Positions 19,290-30,326 of a stretch of DNA of 64,000 nucleotides are shown here, in pieces. The stretch comes from Spirochaetia bacterium. Its GTDB lineage: Bacteria; Spirochaetota; Spirochaetia; CADAEX01. Under the pieces are notes generated by a model that was not told where the DNA came from, did no database searches, and saw only the letters and a list, made by a program, of their open reading frames with translations. The translations under genes were made by a program, and so were the position numbers. Position 1 is the stretch's first letter. Each line of letters begins with the position of its first letter. The stretch is taken from NCBI GenBank assembly GCA_045606105.1, contig JAZURI010000003.1, positions 1-64,000 on the forward strand. The letters run 5' to 3'.

Positions 19290-21770
19290 CTATTTCAGTA
19301 TATCGCTGAAGTACCTGTAGGTGCTGTTCAGCTTTTCAAGATGACGTTCCTTTATGTTGTCCGGAATTTCATCCGTAAGTATCTCAAGACTGCCCAGGGA
19401 TGTTATTACCGAGCTGTCAAAGGACTGCAGTGATTTAAGCCAATAATTTCCCCTTTCGTCGGTACACAGGGTAAGAAAGCCCGGTGTCCTGCTCTTTTTC
19501 TTGGTATTGCACAGGTAAAGAAGCTTATCCAGCCATTTGATGATAAGCTCGAAGCCGCTTTCTGAGCTGATGCTTTTCTTTGCCGGTATTGAGGTAAGGA
19601 ACTTTTTCTCCGGATCCAGGTGCGGCGCCATCCGTCTCATGTCCCTGAGCTTCTCGTTAGGGAGAATTTCCAGGTCCTTGTAGATTATGACACTTCTCAT
19701 GTCGCCCGATTTAGGAGGGAGCTTGAATTCCTCCCTTTCCACAATGCCTGCCAGCTTTTCCCATTCCAGGAATACGGTTTTCTTCTTTGAGCCTTTCAGG
19801 GACTTTATTTCAAAGGTTTCTCCGCCGATGACAATCTGGCTGTCGTAGCCTGTCTTTTCCTGTTTGTTCTGCTTTTCCTTCTCTTTCTTTATGGCTTTTT
19901 CGAATTTCTCTGTTATTCCCGGAGATATTCTTCTGAGGATTTCAGGTGTTACAGGTGATACGGAATGGGCGTACATTCTCATGGTCCTGACAATTTCTCC
20001 TGCCACCATGTAATCGGGATTGTCCCTGAACATTACGGAGCCCGGATGGATGCAGATCCTTTCTGCTGTCAGGCTGCTGTAGACACCCCGGCCTGTCCTT
20101 ACGCATACAAACTGGATAAGTCCCTTGGCCACTGCTGTCAGGTAATCCTCCACATTGCCGCCTCCTGAAACAGGTACTCCCATTTCACCGACAATATCCT
20201 CCAGCTGTTCCTTTATGCTGACTATTTCCTTCATTACCTTTACATCCAGGAAATACTCATCACAGAACCTTTCCTTGTTTTCCGCCTCGGTAAAGGCATC
20301 GTAGAGGTCGATATATGAAACGAAATCCCCGTATCTGCTCCTGAAGGAGTGATGGGCCTTTCTTGCATCCATCTCCATTCCCTGAGGCAGCATGAAAGGG
20401 CTGTGGGTGGAAAGGAATGTTACCGCAATGATGGTCTCCTCGATTACGGAAGGATATTTCAGTATTGCCTCTACCAGCATTCTGGCCAGTCTCGGCAGCA
20501 GCGGGAATTCCGCCATCATCTCTCCGATTCTGGTAAGGGAATGGTTAGGGTAGATGGCATCCAGCATCATCAGTGTCTCAACTGCACTCTTTATTGCCGA
20601 TCTTTCCGGCGGTGATATGAAGTCAAAGGACTCGAAATCGGTGATTCCCAGCTCTGCCATCCTGAGGATGACCTCTGACAGGTCGGTCCTGTAGATCTCC
20701 TCCTGGGTAAACATTATCCTGCTGTCGTAGCTGGCTCTGGAATAAAGCCTGTAGCAGGAGCCCGGCTGGGTTCTTCCCGCTCTTCCCTTTCTCTGGTTGC
20801 AGGAGGCCTTTGAAATGGGCGCTTCCTGGAGAGAAGAGGTAAATGTCCTTGTATTATAAGAATTTATCTTTGCATTCCCCGAATCTATTACTGTGGTTAT
20901 GCCGTCAATGGTAACACTGGTTTCCGCAATGTTGGTAGAAACTATTACCTTGGTCTTTCCCGGCGGTGTCTCGATGAAAATCCTTTCCTGTTCTTCCTTG
21001 GAAAGCCTTCCGTAAAGGGGCAGTACCATGAGCCTGTCCCTTACCGGGCTGGCATCCAGCATGGTTATGCAGTCCTTGATCTGCTTTTCTCCCGAAAGGA
21101 AAACCAGTATGTCTCCTTCCCGTTCCTCGTAGATGCATCTTTCTATGATATCTCCTGTCTTCAGAAGAAGCTCGTCCGGTTCCGCATCCTCCGGAATAGG
21201 GTCGTATACCACACCTACGGGATAGACTGTGGAATCGATATGAACCACGGGACAGTTGTCAAAATATCTTGAGAAAACCGATGTGTTGATTGTGGCGGAG
21301 GAGATGATTATCTTGAAATCCTCCCTCTCCTTTGAAATCCTTTTCAGAAGTCCCAGGATAAAGTCGATGTTGAGGCTTCTTTCATGGGCCTCGTCCACGA
21401 TTATGCAGCTGTATTTTGAAAGGTACGGATCGTGCTTGATTTCCTGAAGCAGGATACCGTCTGTCATGATCTTGATCAGGGTTTCAGGCATTGTAAGGTC
21501 GGAAAACCTCATCTTGTATCCGACTATTCCCGGAACCTCGCAGCCCAGCTGTCTGGCTATGTAGTCGCAGACCGAAAGGGTGGCTATTCTTCTCGGCTGT
21601 GTGACTCCGATGACTCCGCTGGTGGAAAATCCTGCCTCATAGAGAATCATCGGAAGCTGTGTTGTCTTTCCGGAGCCTGTAGGGCTCTCTATTACTATTA
21701 CTTTGTTGTCTCTGATATATTCCAGTATCTTTTCTTTATGCTTGTATACCGGTAAATCTTTTGGTTGCAA
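19290..21770 (-). CDS. hrpA: ATP-dependent RNA helicase HrpA
   Basis: PTGSGKTTQLP, TQPRR, DEAHERS, STNIAETS, QRKGRAGR. Confidence 0.93.
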   Translation of the reverse strand: MQPKDLPVYKHKEKILEYIRDNKVIVIESPTGSGKTTQLPMILYEAGFSTSGVIGVTQPRRIATLSVCDYIARQLGCEVPGIVGYKMRFSDLTMPETLIKIMTDGILLQEIKHDPYLSKYSCIIVDEAHERSLNIDFILGLLKRISKEREDFKIIISSATINTSVFSRYFDNCPVVHIDSTVYPVGVVYDPIPEDAEPDELLLKTGDIIERCIYEEREGDILVFLSGEKQIKDCITMLDASPVRDRLMVLPLYGRLSKEEQERIFIETPPGKTKVIVSTNIAETSVTIDGITTVIDSGNAKINSYNTRTFTSSLQEAPISKASCNQRKGRAGRTQPGSCYRLYSRASYDSRIMFTQEEIYRTDLSEVILRMAELGITDFESFDFISPPERSAIKSAVETLMMLDAIYPNHSLTRIGEMMAEFPLLPRLARMLVEAILKYPSVIEETIIAVTFLSTHSPFMLPQGMEMDARKAHHSFRSRYGDFVSYIDLYDAFTEAENKERFCDEYFLDVKVMKEIVSIKEQLEDIVGEMGVPVSGGGNVEDYLTAVAKGLIQFVCVRTGRGVYSSLTAERICIHPGSVMFRDNPDYMVAGEIVRTMRMYAHSVSPVTPEILRRISPGITEKFEKAIKKEKEKQNKQEKTGYDSQIVIGGETFEIKSLKGSKKKTVFLEWEKLAGIVEREEFKLPPKSGDMRSVIIYKDLEILPNEKLRDMRRMAPHLDPEKKFLTSIPAKKSISSESGFELIIKWLDKLLYLCNTKKKSRTPGFLTLCTDERGNYWLKSLQSFDSSVITSLGSLEILTDEIPDNIKERHLEKLNSTYRYFSDILK

Positions 21771-21779
21771 TTTTTCCTC

Positions 21780-23087
21780 TTATTTTCTGAGTATTTCTCC
21801 GATCTTTCCGATTCCTTCCTCAAGGCTCAGCTTGTCAAAGTTCTCTCTTGTCTCAAGGTTCTTCACACTCATTGTTCCGCTCTCATATTCCTCGGAACCG
21901 CAGATGATACCCACCTTGATCTGCTTTTTCTCAGCATATCCGAACTGCTTGTTGAGCTTCTTTGTTTCAGGGTAGATGTCGCAGGAAATTCCCTTTTCCC
22001 TGAGCATGGCTCCGATTTTTGTATAATAGCCCAGAAGGTTTTCATCAATATTGAAAATTACGGTATCACAGAGAGAGATGTTTTCATCCTTTTTCCCCAG
22101 AGCCTCCAATGCTGCCAGAAGCCTGTCTATTCCGATGGATGCCCCTACGCCGGGAAGCTTTGTCTTTGTATAAAGGGAAGCCAGGTCGTTGTATCTTCCG
22201 CCTGAGCATACAGAGCCGAATTCAGGGGCCTTGTCCAGGAAGGTTTCATATACGATGCCTGTGTAGTAATCCAGCCCTCTGGTAATGGATGGATCCAGTA
22301 CAAAGGAGTCTGCAATTCCGATTTCCTCAAGGGCGCTTCTGATGGCACGGAGTCTGGCTGTATCCTCTCCCTCGCCGCCGGCAAGAAGGGTTATTTTTTC
22401 CAGTGTCCTGTCAAAGCTCTCCTCCATCCTGATGTAGTCCAGAATCTGTGCGGCGTTTTCGTTTCCGGTGATTTCTCCCAGCTGTCTGGCCACCTCATCC
22501 TCACCGATCTTGGCCAGCTTGTCCACAAGACGGAGAATGTCGGTCATCTTATCCTTGATTCCCAGCTTCTCCAGAAAACGGTTGAAAACCAGTCTGCTTG
22601 AAAGATGAACCGTAAAGCTGTCCACTCCGATGTTTTTCAGGGAGCGGTGGATCATGGTCAGTACCTCAAGGTCTGCAGCGGCAGAGTCCGCACCCACGAT
22701 ATCGAAATCGCACTGATAGAATTCCCTGTATCTTCCTTTCTGGGTATTTTCACCTCTCCATACCTTGGCGATATGGAATCTCTTGAAAGGGACTGTAAGC
22801 TTGTCCAGGTTGGCGCTGACAAATCTTGCAAAAGGGACGGTAAGATCGAATCTCATGGAAACATCCCGCTTACCGTTGTCGGTAAACCTGTATACCTGCT
22901 TCTCTGTTTCTCCTCCGCCTTTGCCCAGAAGAACCTCTGTGTATTCAAGGATAGGGGTATCGATCGGAACAAATCCGAAGCTTGTGAAAGTTTTTTCGAG
23001 AACTGCGAAAAGACGCTTTTTTTCTGTTTCTTCCATAGGGAGAGAATCCCGGAAGCCTTTAAGTATTTTTGGTTCGATGATATTCAT
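21780..23087 (-). CDS. hisS: Histidine--tRNA ligase
   Basis: RFDLTVP, WRGENTQKGRYREFYQCDFD, RGLDYYTG, GGRYN. Confidence 0.97.
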   Translation of the reverse strand: MNIIEPKILKGFRDSLPMEETEKKRLFAVLEKTFTSFGFVPIDTPILEYTEVLLGKGGGETEKQVYRFTDNGKRDVSMRFDLTVPFARFVSANLDKLTVPFKRFHIAKVWRGENTQKGRYREFYQCDFDIVGADSAAADLEVLTMIHRSLKNIGVDSFTVHLSSRLVFNRFLEKLGIKDKMTDILRLVDKLAKIGEDEVARQLGEITGNENAAQILDYIRMEESFDRTLEKITLLAGGEGEDTARLRAIRSALEEIGIADSFVLDPSITRGLDYYTGIVYETFLDKAPEFGSVCSGGRYNDLASLYTKTKLPGVGASIGIDRLLAALEALGKKDENISLCDTVIFNIDENLLGYYTKIGAMLREKGISCDIYPETKKLNKQFGYAEKKQIKVGIICGSEEYESGTMSVKNLETRENFDKLSLEEGIGKIGEILRK

Positions 23088-23263
23088 GAGATTTCCTTTT
23101 TTTAAAGATATAATGCAAAAAACAATTATTCAAGTGATATTGGCCAAATATCGGAATATTGATGCCCTCTCAGCTTCTTTTTGATAATGCCGTAAAATCC
23201 GGTAAAAATTTTATATTGCTTTTCATAAAATGGCTTATTATGCTTAAAAATAGTAAAAATTTA

Positions 23264-23292
23264 TTGACCTATATGTAATAAAGAGTTAAAAT
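23264..23292 (+). promoter_or_regulatory. sigma70-type promoter of ilvBN
   Basis: TTGACC-N17-TAAAAT with AT-rich upstream region. Confidence 0.65.
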
Positions 23293-23311
23293 ATGCTTAA
23301 AGTTGGTAAAA

Positions 23312-24997
23312 ATGAAAGATGTTTACAAGCGCGGAGCTGAAATTCTTATAGAAAAATTGCGTAATGAAGGGGTTGAATACATTTTCGGTTATCCCGGAGC
23401 CAATGCCATCGATATTTTTGATGCATTGCTGGATTCGCCCATAAGATTTCTTCTGGCCAGACATGAGCAGGGGGCGGTACACATGGCCGACGGTTATGCC
23501 AGGGCTACGGGAAAGCCGGGGGTTGTTCTGGTAACCTCAGGACCCGGTGCCACCAATACCGTATCGGGAATCTTCACGGCCAAGATGGATTCCGTTCCCC
23601 TGGTTGTCATCTGCGGTCAGCAGTCGGTAAAGAACCTGGGTATGGATTCCTTTCAGGAGGTTGATGTTTCCGGTATCACATACCCTATAGTCAAGCATTC
23701 CTACCTTATAAAGAAAAGCTCGGATATTCCAAGGATAATCAGGGAGGCCTTCCACATTGCCAGAACCGGAAGACCGGGGCCTGTACTCATTGATATTCCC
23801 AAGAACGTGACAGAACAGACCATACTTACCTCCACACCGGATGAATATGACCTGCCGGGATACAATATCGACGGGGAGCCGAACCTGGGAGCGGTACTGG
23901 CTGCATCCGACTATATTATGGAGGCAAGGAAACCTCTCCTGCTTGTGGGGCACGGAGCTCTCCTGGCCGGTGCCTGGGACGAGATAAGGCTTTTTGCCGA
24001 AAAGCTGCAGATTCCCGTAGTGAATACCCTTCTGGGAAAGGGCGTTTTTCCGGAAACCCATCCCCTGAGTCTGGGAATGCCGGGAATGCACGGAACTCCC
24101 TATGCCAACAAGGCTCTGGAGCAGTGCGATCTCATCATCAATGTAGGCTCCAGATGGGATGACAGGATAGTGGGCAATCCCGGGGAATTTCTCAGCAATG
24201 TACTGAAGATACACATAGATATAGATCCTTCCGAAATCAACAAGAATGTAAAGGTGAATGTAGGTATTCAGGGTGATGCCCGCCGGGTAATGAAGGTGCT
24301 GTGCGGAATCTGCAGCCGAGGAAATACCGAAGAGTGGCTGAAGACCGTGAAAAAGCTCAAGAAGAATTTTCCTCTGAAATACAGGAAGGGTACAAAGGTA
24401 AAGGTTCCTCATGTGGTGGAGGAGCTCCACCGTATCACCAAGGGGAAGGCCATAGTAGCCACCGATGTGGGACAGCATCAGATGTGGGCTGCCCAGTACT
24501 ACAGAACCGATTTTCCGAACCGCTGGCTCTCCTCCGGCGGGGCAGGTACCATGGGCTTCGGCTTTCCTGCCGCCATCGGTGCCCAGATAGGGTGTCCGGA
24601 CAGTGTTGTGGCGGCAGTGGTGGGGGACGGCGGCTTCCAGATGACCATGAAGGAACTGTCCGTAATTGCGGTATACAATCTTCCGGTAAAAATAATCGTA
24701 ATGAACAACCATTACCTGGGTATGGTAAGGCAGTGGCAGAATATTTTTTACGGTAACCGTCTCTCCTGCGTGGAAATGACGGGAAATCCGGACTTTGTCC
24801 GGCTGGCCAAGGCATACGGCATAAAAGGGTACAATATCCGCCGTTCCGCCGATGTCAGGAGGATAATGAAAACCGCCCTGGCCTATAAAGGTCCGTGCCT
24901 GATAAATGTGGAGGTTGACAGGGAGGCCAATGTATTCCCTATGATTCCTGCCGGTCAGCCTCTGGGAGCCATGATAATGGAGGAGAAAAGAAAATGA
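23312..24997 (+). CDS. ilvB: Acetolactate synthase large subunit
   Basis: [42 protein letters not shown]...NN TPP motif. Confidence 0.96.
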   Translation: MKDVYKRGAEILIEKLRNEGVEYIFGYPGANAIDIFDALLDSPIRFLLARHEQGAVHMADGYARATGKPGVVLVTSGPGATNTVSGIFTAKMDSVPLVVICGQQSVKNLGMDSFQEVDVSGITYPIVKHSYLIKKSSDIPRIIREAFHIARTGRPGPVLIDIPKNVTEQTILTSTPDEYDLPGYNIDGEPNLGAVLAASDYIMEARKPLLLVGHGALLAGAWDEIRLFAEKLQIPVVNTLLGKGVFPETHPLSLGMPGMHGTPYANKALEQCDLIINVGSRWDDRIVGNPGEFLSNVLKIHIDIDPSEINKNVKVNVGIQGDARRVMKVLCGICSRGNTEEWLKTVKKLKKNFPLKYRKGTKVKVPHVVEELHRITKGKAIVATDVGQHQMWAAQYYRTDFPNRWLSSGGAGTMGFGFPAAIGAQIGCPDSVVAAVVGDGGFQMTMKELSVIAVYNLPVKIIVMNNHYLGMVRQWQNIFYGNRLSCVEMTGNPDFVRLAKAYGIKGYNIRRSADVRRIMKTALAYKGPCLINVEVDREANVFPMIPAGQPLGAMIMEEKRK

Positions 24998-25497
24998 TTC
25001 TCTCTGATAAAAAGCATGTAATAAGCCTTCTCGTAAGCAACAAGCCCGGCGTACTTATCAGGATTGCCCTGGTTTTCGCCAGAAGAGGCTACAACATAGA
25101 CAGTCTGGTGGTTTCCGAGGAGACCGATCCCCGCTTTTCAAGAATGACCATAACTGCCACCGGTGACAGCGAGATACTGGTACAGATAATCAATCAGCTG
25201 AACAAGCTCATAGATGTAATCTCTGCCAAGGACTATACCGAAATAGATTCCATAGAAAGGGAGCTTTCCCTCCTCAAGATAGATTGTCCTCCCGAAAAAA
25301 GGGCAGATATTTTCCCTCTGGTGGATGTATTTAAAGGAAAGATCGTGGATATCGGCAGTCAGACCATTACCTTTGAGGTTTCAGGTCCCAGTGAGCGTAT
25401 GGAGGCGGTAAAGACCACCTTTGCCTCGTACGGAATCAGGGAGATAGTCCGGACGGGAAAGGTACTCATGACCCGCGGCGATGCTGCGACAGGCTGA
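24994..25497 (+). CDS. ilvN: Acetolactate synthase small regulatory subunit
   Basis: NKPGVL.RI...[14 protein letters not shown] domain, [14 protein letters not shown]. Confidence 0.96.
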   Translation: MILSDKKHVISLLVSNKPGVLIRIALVFARRGYNIDSLVVSEETDPRFSRMTITATGDSEILVQIINQLNKLIDVISAKDYTEIDSIERELSLLKIDCPPEKRADIFPLVDVFKGKIVDIGSQTITFEVSGPSERMEAVKTTFASYGIREIVRTGKVLMTRGDAATG

Positions 25498-27273
25498 TTA
25501 TTTTTTCTTCTTTTTCTGGGCCAGCATGATTGTAGGCAGTCCCGGATCTCTCTTGGATTTCTTTACTGCTTCCAGTGCCGCCTCTTCAGGAACTGTGGCA
25601 AAGGAGAATTTTCCCTTGATTGCTATATCGTCAATGACATTTCCCTTTATTTTCAGCAGCTTTTCCAGGAATCTGACCAGCTCCTTAGGTCCCACCTTAT
25701 CATCACGTCCCAGAAGGATATGAAGACGGGCTGTCCTGTTGCTGTCATTTTCTCTCTTATAGCGGCGCTTTCCCTTTTCGGAATCTTTTCCGCGGTCACG
25801 GTTCCATTCCCGGTCTTTTTCACGATCCCATTCACGGTCACGGTCTCTGTCACGCCCCTTCTTTTTTCTTTCCCATTCACGTTCCCGTTCCTTTTCCCGT
25901 TTACGCTTGGGTTCGTCGATCTGCTTGATATCACGGTAGCGCTCTGTATCGAAAATATCGCCGTAGGCTGTTTTCAGCATGGCAATAACCGTATTCTCGG
26001 CACCGATACCGTATATGAGCTTCTTTGCAAAGAGGGAAACTATGTCCTCGTTCTTTCTGTTTATTTCCTGAGCTGTGGCTTCAAGGGTGTTTTCCAGTCT
26101 CTGGCAGCGGACTTCAAGAATGGAATTAACCTCAGGAACCTTCACCACATTGATGGTGCTTCCCAGGGCTGCTTCCGATTTTCTGGTGAATTCCTTGAGC
26201 TTGTATCTGATTGACGGGCGGATAAAGCTGATGGCTGTTCCCTTTTCTCCCGCTCTTCCTGTTCTTCCGATACGGTGAACATAGCTGTCGAAATTTCTAG
26301 GCAGATCCCAGTTTATTACATGGGTAAGGCGTTCCACATCGATTCCCCTGGCTGCCACATCGGTAGCAATGAGTACTGTGGTAATCTTGGCTTTGAAGCG
26401 GCGGAGTGTCCTTTCTCTTGCCTCCTGGGAAAGGTTTCCATGAAGGGCCTCTGCAGGATATCCGTCCTCCGTAAGCTTTCTGGCTACCTCATCGGCTTCC
26501 AGCTTGGTAGGGCAAAATACCAGTCCGTGGAACTTGTCTGTGGAGTCTATGATTCTCTTGAGAGCCTCCAGCCTGTCCTCCGCATGGACATAGATTGCAT
26601 CCTGATTTACAAGGATTTCCTCCCTGTCCGGAATATCCTCTGCAAGGATTTCGGTTTCACCCAGCTGCTCGTTCACTATTTTCATGATAGGGGCAGGGAG
26701 GGTAGCTGAGAAAAGGGCCACCTTCTTGTCCGGATTTGCCCTGTCTATAATGGCTTTTACATCTTCAATAAAGCCCATGTCCAGCATTTCGTCTGCTTCA
26801 TCAAGGATAAGCCACTGGATTTCGGAAAGATCCAGGCTTCCTCTGTCTATATGATCCTGTACACGGCCCGGTGTTCCTACTACAATCTCCGCACCTCTTT
26901 CCAGTTCCCTGAGCTGCACGCCGATGGATGCACCGCCGTATACTGCCGTAATTCTCGGAAAGCGACCCAATGTAAGGGAGGCCAGCTCCTGGGAAATCTG
27001 CAGTGCCAGTTCTCTGGTAGGGGCCAGTATAAGGGCCTGTGGTTTTTCTGTTCTGTATGAAAGCTTGTTTACCAGCGGGATACCGAAGGCAGCGGTTTTT
27101 CCTGTACCGGTTCTTGCCTTTACCGCAATGTTCTTTTCCTCTGACAGAAGTCTGGGAAGAATCATGGACTGTACCGGTGTAGGGGTAACAAAGCCTTTTC
27201 TTTCAATAGCTTTCAGAACTTCCATTGAAAAAGGGAAGCTTGAAAAGTATTTTTCGTTGTTTTCTTCTTTCAT
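25498..27273 (-). CDS. DEAD-box RNA helicase with DbpA-type RNA-binding C-terminus
   Basis: TGTGKT, PTRELA, GTPGR, DEAD, SAT, ARGID, HRIGRTGR; start placed at MKEENN (27273). Confidence 0.93.
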   Translation of the reverse strand: MKEENNEKYFSSFPFSMEVLKAIERKGFVTPTPVQSMILPRLLSEEKNIAVKARTGTGKTAAFGIPLVNKLSYRTEKPQALILAPTRELALQISQELASLTLGRFPRITAVYGGASIGVQLRELERGAEIVVGTPGRVQDHIDRGSLDLSEIQWLILDEADEMLDMGFIEDVKAIIDRANPDKKVALFSATLPAPIMKIVNEQLGETEILAEDIPDREEILVNQDAIYVHAEDRLEALKRIIDSTDKFHGLVFCPTKLEADEVARKLTEDGYPAEALHGNLSQEARERTLRRFKAKITTVLIATDVAARGIDVERLTHVINWDLPRNFDSYVHRIGRTGRAGEKGTAISFIRPSIRYKLKEFTRKSEAALGSTINVVKVPEVNSILEVRCQRLENTLEATAQEINRKNEDIVSLFAKKLIYGIGAENTVIAMLKTAYGDIFDTERYRDIKQIDEPKRKREKEREREWERKKKGRDRDRDREWDREKDREWNRDRGKDSEKGKRRYKRENDSNRTARLHILLGRDDKVGPKELVRFLEKLLKIKGNVIDDIAIKGKFSFATVPEEAALEAVKKSKRDPGLPTIMLAQKKKKK

Positions 27274-27286
27274 TATAAAAAGGATA

Positions 27287-28354
27287 TCAATTTTTTTGAT
27301 TGTATTCAATAAACTCTTTTGTAAAAGGGACAATGTTCTTGCGTGAAAGTCTGATGTTGCCCAGTTCAAAAAGCTCCAGGGTGCCTGATTCCGATTCTAT
27401 GCTTTTTCTGTGGATAAGGGCTGTTCCTCGGCTGTTGAAGAAGGATACGGTTTCCCGGTAATCCCATTTCTGTCCTTCGGATAGAAAGGCTGTTTCCTTC
27501 CTGAGGCTCTTTTCCATGGATACCGACATGATGATGAACATGTCCAGCTTCCTTTCCCGGCTGAATCTGTAGGCTGTTTCGGTGAAATTTTTATCGGCAA
27601 TCGGCTCCAGGGACCTGTAGACAGCGCTGTAGCCGCACTTTACCCCATGATGGATAAACTCCTTGTAGTCCTTTATAAGGTAATCCTCAGGAGTGAATCC
27701 TGAAAAATCGGTTTTCTTTTCTTTCAGCTCCCTGAACCAGGCCTCTGTATCAATGCCTGTTTTTACGGCCAGCTCATCCAGGATTCTCCGGTCCTTTTCG
27801 GTGGCGGTTCCTGTTTCCGGAGCAAAGTTGTAGGTATCCAGCAGTATGGCACCTGCAAGGAGCAGGGCACAGCTTCTGTCCGGCTCCCGGTTCTCCTCTG
27901 CCGATTTTTTCAGAAGCAGCTCTCCCACCAGTGTGGCGCAGGAGCCGGTCCTTTCCAGGATTACCTTTATATCCGGCCTTGAAACCGTCTCTCCCTCGGG
28001 GGCATGATGATCTATGATGCCGCAGATACAGGAATCGGGGATGCCGACGGAAGGGGGAACTGCATTGTGGTCGGTGAGTATTACCTGAACCTTGTTATCG
28101 GTAAGAAAGCTGCTGTCCGGAATATTTTCGGCAAATATGAACCGGTCGGTGGAAACGGCCGCTTTTTCAAGGGCATGGATAATTTCTGTCCTGAGCTTCA
28201 GCTCCCTTTCAGGAATCGGTATTACCGCTTTTCCTCCGGTCAGCTCTCCCAGGACATATGCACAGGCTACGGAATCAAGGTCTGCAGCCTGATTGCAGAG
28301 TATAAGCTTATTTGTCTTCTTCAGGGGCCTGTGCTTCAGGCTGGAATTCTTCAT
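27287..28354 (-). CDS. DHH/DHHA2 family phosphoesterase (exopolyphosphatase PPX1/Prune-like or family II pyrophosphatase)
   Basis: NQAADLDS, TDHN, IIDHH, GSCATLV, ILLDT, KDYK. Confidence 0.82.
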   Translation of the reverse strand: MKNSSLKHRPLKKTNKLILCNQAADLDSVACAYVLGELTGGKAVIPIPERELKLRTEIIHALEKAAVSTDRFIFAENIPDSSFLTDNKVQVILTDHNAVPPSVGIPDSCICGIIDHHAPEGETVSRPDIKVILERTGSCATLVGELLLKKSAEENREPDRSCALLLAGAILLDTYNFAPETGTATEKDRRILDELAVKTGIDTEAWFRELKEKKTDFSGFTPEDYLIKDYKEFIHHGVKCGYSAVYRSLEPIADKNFTETAYRFSRERKLDMFIIMSVSMEKSLRKETAFLSEGQKWDYRETVSFFNSRGTALIHRKSIESESGTLELFELGNIRLSRKNIVPFTKEFIEYNQKN

Positions 28355-28970
28355 ATACTCTGAAAATCCTGAGGATTGAAATGTAAGGGGGGGTAAGGAA
28401 AAGACAGAACGGCTCTGCTTTTCTGTAGGCCAGGACCTTTACCTTTGTCACTTCGTAGAAGCTTTTCGGAAGGGTGAACATACCTACCTCGTTCTCCTTT
28501 ATTCCCTGGAGCCTGAAGATAAGGTTTCCGCTTTCGTCGAGGTATTCAAAGAAAGCCCTGATTTCGGTTTCGCTTTCGTTGTCTGCCTCCAGCTTGGAAA
28601 CCAGATAATACTTGACAGCCTCCACAACGATATCGTCCAGCCCCTCGTTGATTATCTTCAGCTTTTCTGCCAGCTCCGGAAATCCGATGACAATCCTGTC
28701 CACCTTCTTGTGGATATATTTTGATTTTCCCATGAGATAGTCATCTCTCATTCTTTCCGGCAGGAAGAAGATGTCGATTTTCTTAGCCTCGTGCTTCAGT
28801 GCAAAAGGAAACTCCTGATGGAGAAGCTTGCCGCATTTCGGACATGTTACTGTCATGAAATTTCCGGCCATTATACTGTTGGCTGCTTCCGGATTTTCAG
28901 CCAGATCGATTACTTCATCATATTCAAACGGAACTGCCGCATAGCAGGAACAAGGAACCTGTACCTTCAT
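28308..28970 (-). CDS. CpXC domain-containing protein
   Basis: N-terminal CSC and CPKCG; layout typical of spirochete CpXC proteins. Confidence 0.75.
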   Translation of the reverse strand: MKVQVPCSCYAAVPFEYDEVIDLAENPEAANSIMAGNFMTVTCPKCGKLLHQEFPFALKHEAKKIDIFFLPERMRDDYLMGKSKYIHKKVDRIVIGFPELAEKLKIINEGLDDIVVEAVKYYLVSKLEADNESETEIRAFFEYLDESGNLIFRLQGIKENEVGMFTLPKSFYEVTKVKVLAYRKAEPFCLFLTPPYISILRIFRVYEEFQPEAQAPEEDK

Positions 28971-28982
28971 GTTAACTCCCTT

Positions 28983-30326
28983 TTAGTTTTTTATGAGGAA
29001 AATGAGATCATTGAAAACTGTCATTATCATCAGGCTTATGAGAATGGAGAAGCCAATAATCTGATACTTGACCGCAATTCCCGATCTGAATCTTTTTCCC
29101 CGGATCATTTCCATTATACAGAAAAGAATCTGCCCTCCGTCCAGTGCAGGAATCGGAAGCATGTTCATTACAAAAAGCGCTATGTTGATCAGCGAGAGGA
29201 AATTGAGGAAATTCACAACTCCTGCGCTGAAGCTTTCACTGAAGCCCTGGGAGGTGATTTCTCCCATCATATAGGTGATTCTTATAGGACCGGAAACTGC
29301 CTGGTTCAGATCCACGCCGCTGAAAAGGAGCTTGAGACTGGCTGCGGAATTGTAGAGATTCCTGAAGGATTCGGTGGCTCCCTTCTGTATTGCCCCGAAA
29401 AAGCCGAGCCCCGGGGTAGTGTATCTGTTCATCCTGAAGGCAATACCCGGATCTGTTATTCCGTTCTCTCCGTAATCGAGAATCATGTTGGTGCTGTATT
29501 CCCTGCCGTCACGGTTGTAGGTAAGGGCCAGCTTTGTGGGCTTTGTGAGAAGCACCGAAACAAGATCCATGTGGTTTGTTATCCTGTTCCCGTTGACAGA
29601 GGTAAGGGTATCTCCTGCCTGAAGTCCTGCAATGTATGCGGAGGAGCCCTCCTTTACGGTTTCTATGACAGGATCTATCCATGGATATACGCCGATTTTT
29701 CCAGCACCTGTGGATTTGTCCAGCTCAGGGGCCATTGTAAGCTCTGTTTCCTTGCCGTCCCTGATGATTCCGAGATGTATGTTTTTTTTCGCCTTTGTGG
29801 AGACCTTTTCCCTGAGTTCCTGGAAGTTGGTTACCTCGGTGCCGTTTACGGAAACTATGAAATCCCCGGTTTTCAGGCCTGCTCTGTCGGCTGCATAGGT
29901 CTGGCCGGTGGCTGAATATTCCGATGCCAGGATAATGCGGTTTTCAGGGCTTATGACAGTCATTCCTCCCATCCAGATGATGGAAAGGGCAACTACCGAG
30001 AATACCAGGTTCATGAAAGGACCTGCAAAATAGATTATGGCTTTTTTCCATGGCGGTGCTGCACTGAGAGATCCCTCCATATCCTCCTCTGAGGCATTTT
30101 CCTCAAGGGTTTCCTCTCCCTTCATCTTGCAGAAGCCTCCCATGGGCAGCATGGAAATACGGTATTCCGTTTCTCCGTACCTGAATGAAAAAAGCTTTTT
30201 TCCCCAGCCTATGGAAAAGGTTTCAACCTTTATTCCGAACAGCTTGGCAGCAAGAAAATGACCTCCTTCATGGAAGAAGACCACAATTCCGAGACCGAAT
30301 ATTCCGATTATTATATTGAGTAACAT
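28983..30326 (-). CDS. rseP: RIP metalloprotease RseP
   Basis: HEGGH, FSIGWG, AGPFMN, two PDZ-like regions, NMLPIPALDGG. Confidence 0.96.
   Translation of the reverse strand: MLLNIIIGIFGLGIVVFFHEGGHFLAAKLFGIKVETFSIGWGKKLFSFRYGETEYRISMLPMGGFCKMKGEETLEENASEEDMEGSLSAAPPWKKAIIYFAGPFMNLVFSVVALSIIWMGGMTVISPENRIILASEYSATGQTYAADRAGLKTGDFIVSVNGTEVTNFQELREKVSTKAKKNIHLGIIRDGKETELTMAPELDKSTGAGKIGVYPWIDPVIETVKEGSSAYIAGLQAGDTLTSVNGNRITNHMDLVSVLLTKPTKLALTYNRDGREYSTNMILDYGENGITDPGIAFRMNRYTTPGLGFFGAIQKGATESFRNLYNSAASLKLLFSGVDLNQAVSGPIRITYMMGEITSQGFSESFSAGVVNFLNFLSLINIALFVMNMLPIPALDGGQILFCIMEMIRGKRFRSGIAVKYQIIGFSILISLMIMTVFNDLIFLIKN

Noticed and set aside
25770-25910. Repetitive cacggt/ttccc tract
   Set aside because: Encodes the R/D/E/K-rich low-complexity linker of the DEAD-box helicase; ordinary for this family
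28791-29915. 374-aa plus-strand ORF, and similar long antisense ORFs at 23537-24712, 53307-54350 and 7831-8715
   Set aside because: Shadow frames opposite well-supported genes (rseP, ilvB, hslU, nadE/tRNA); no recognisable motifs
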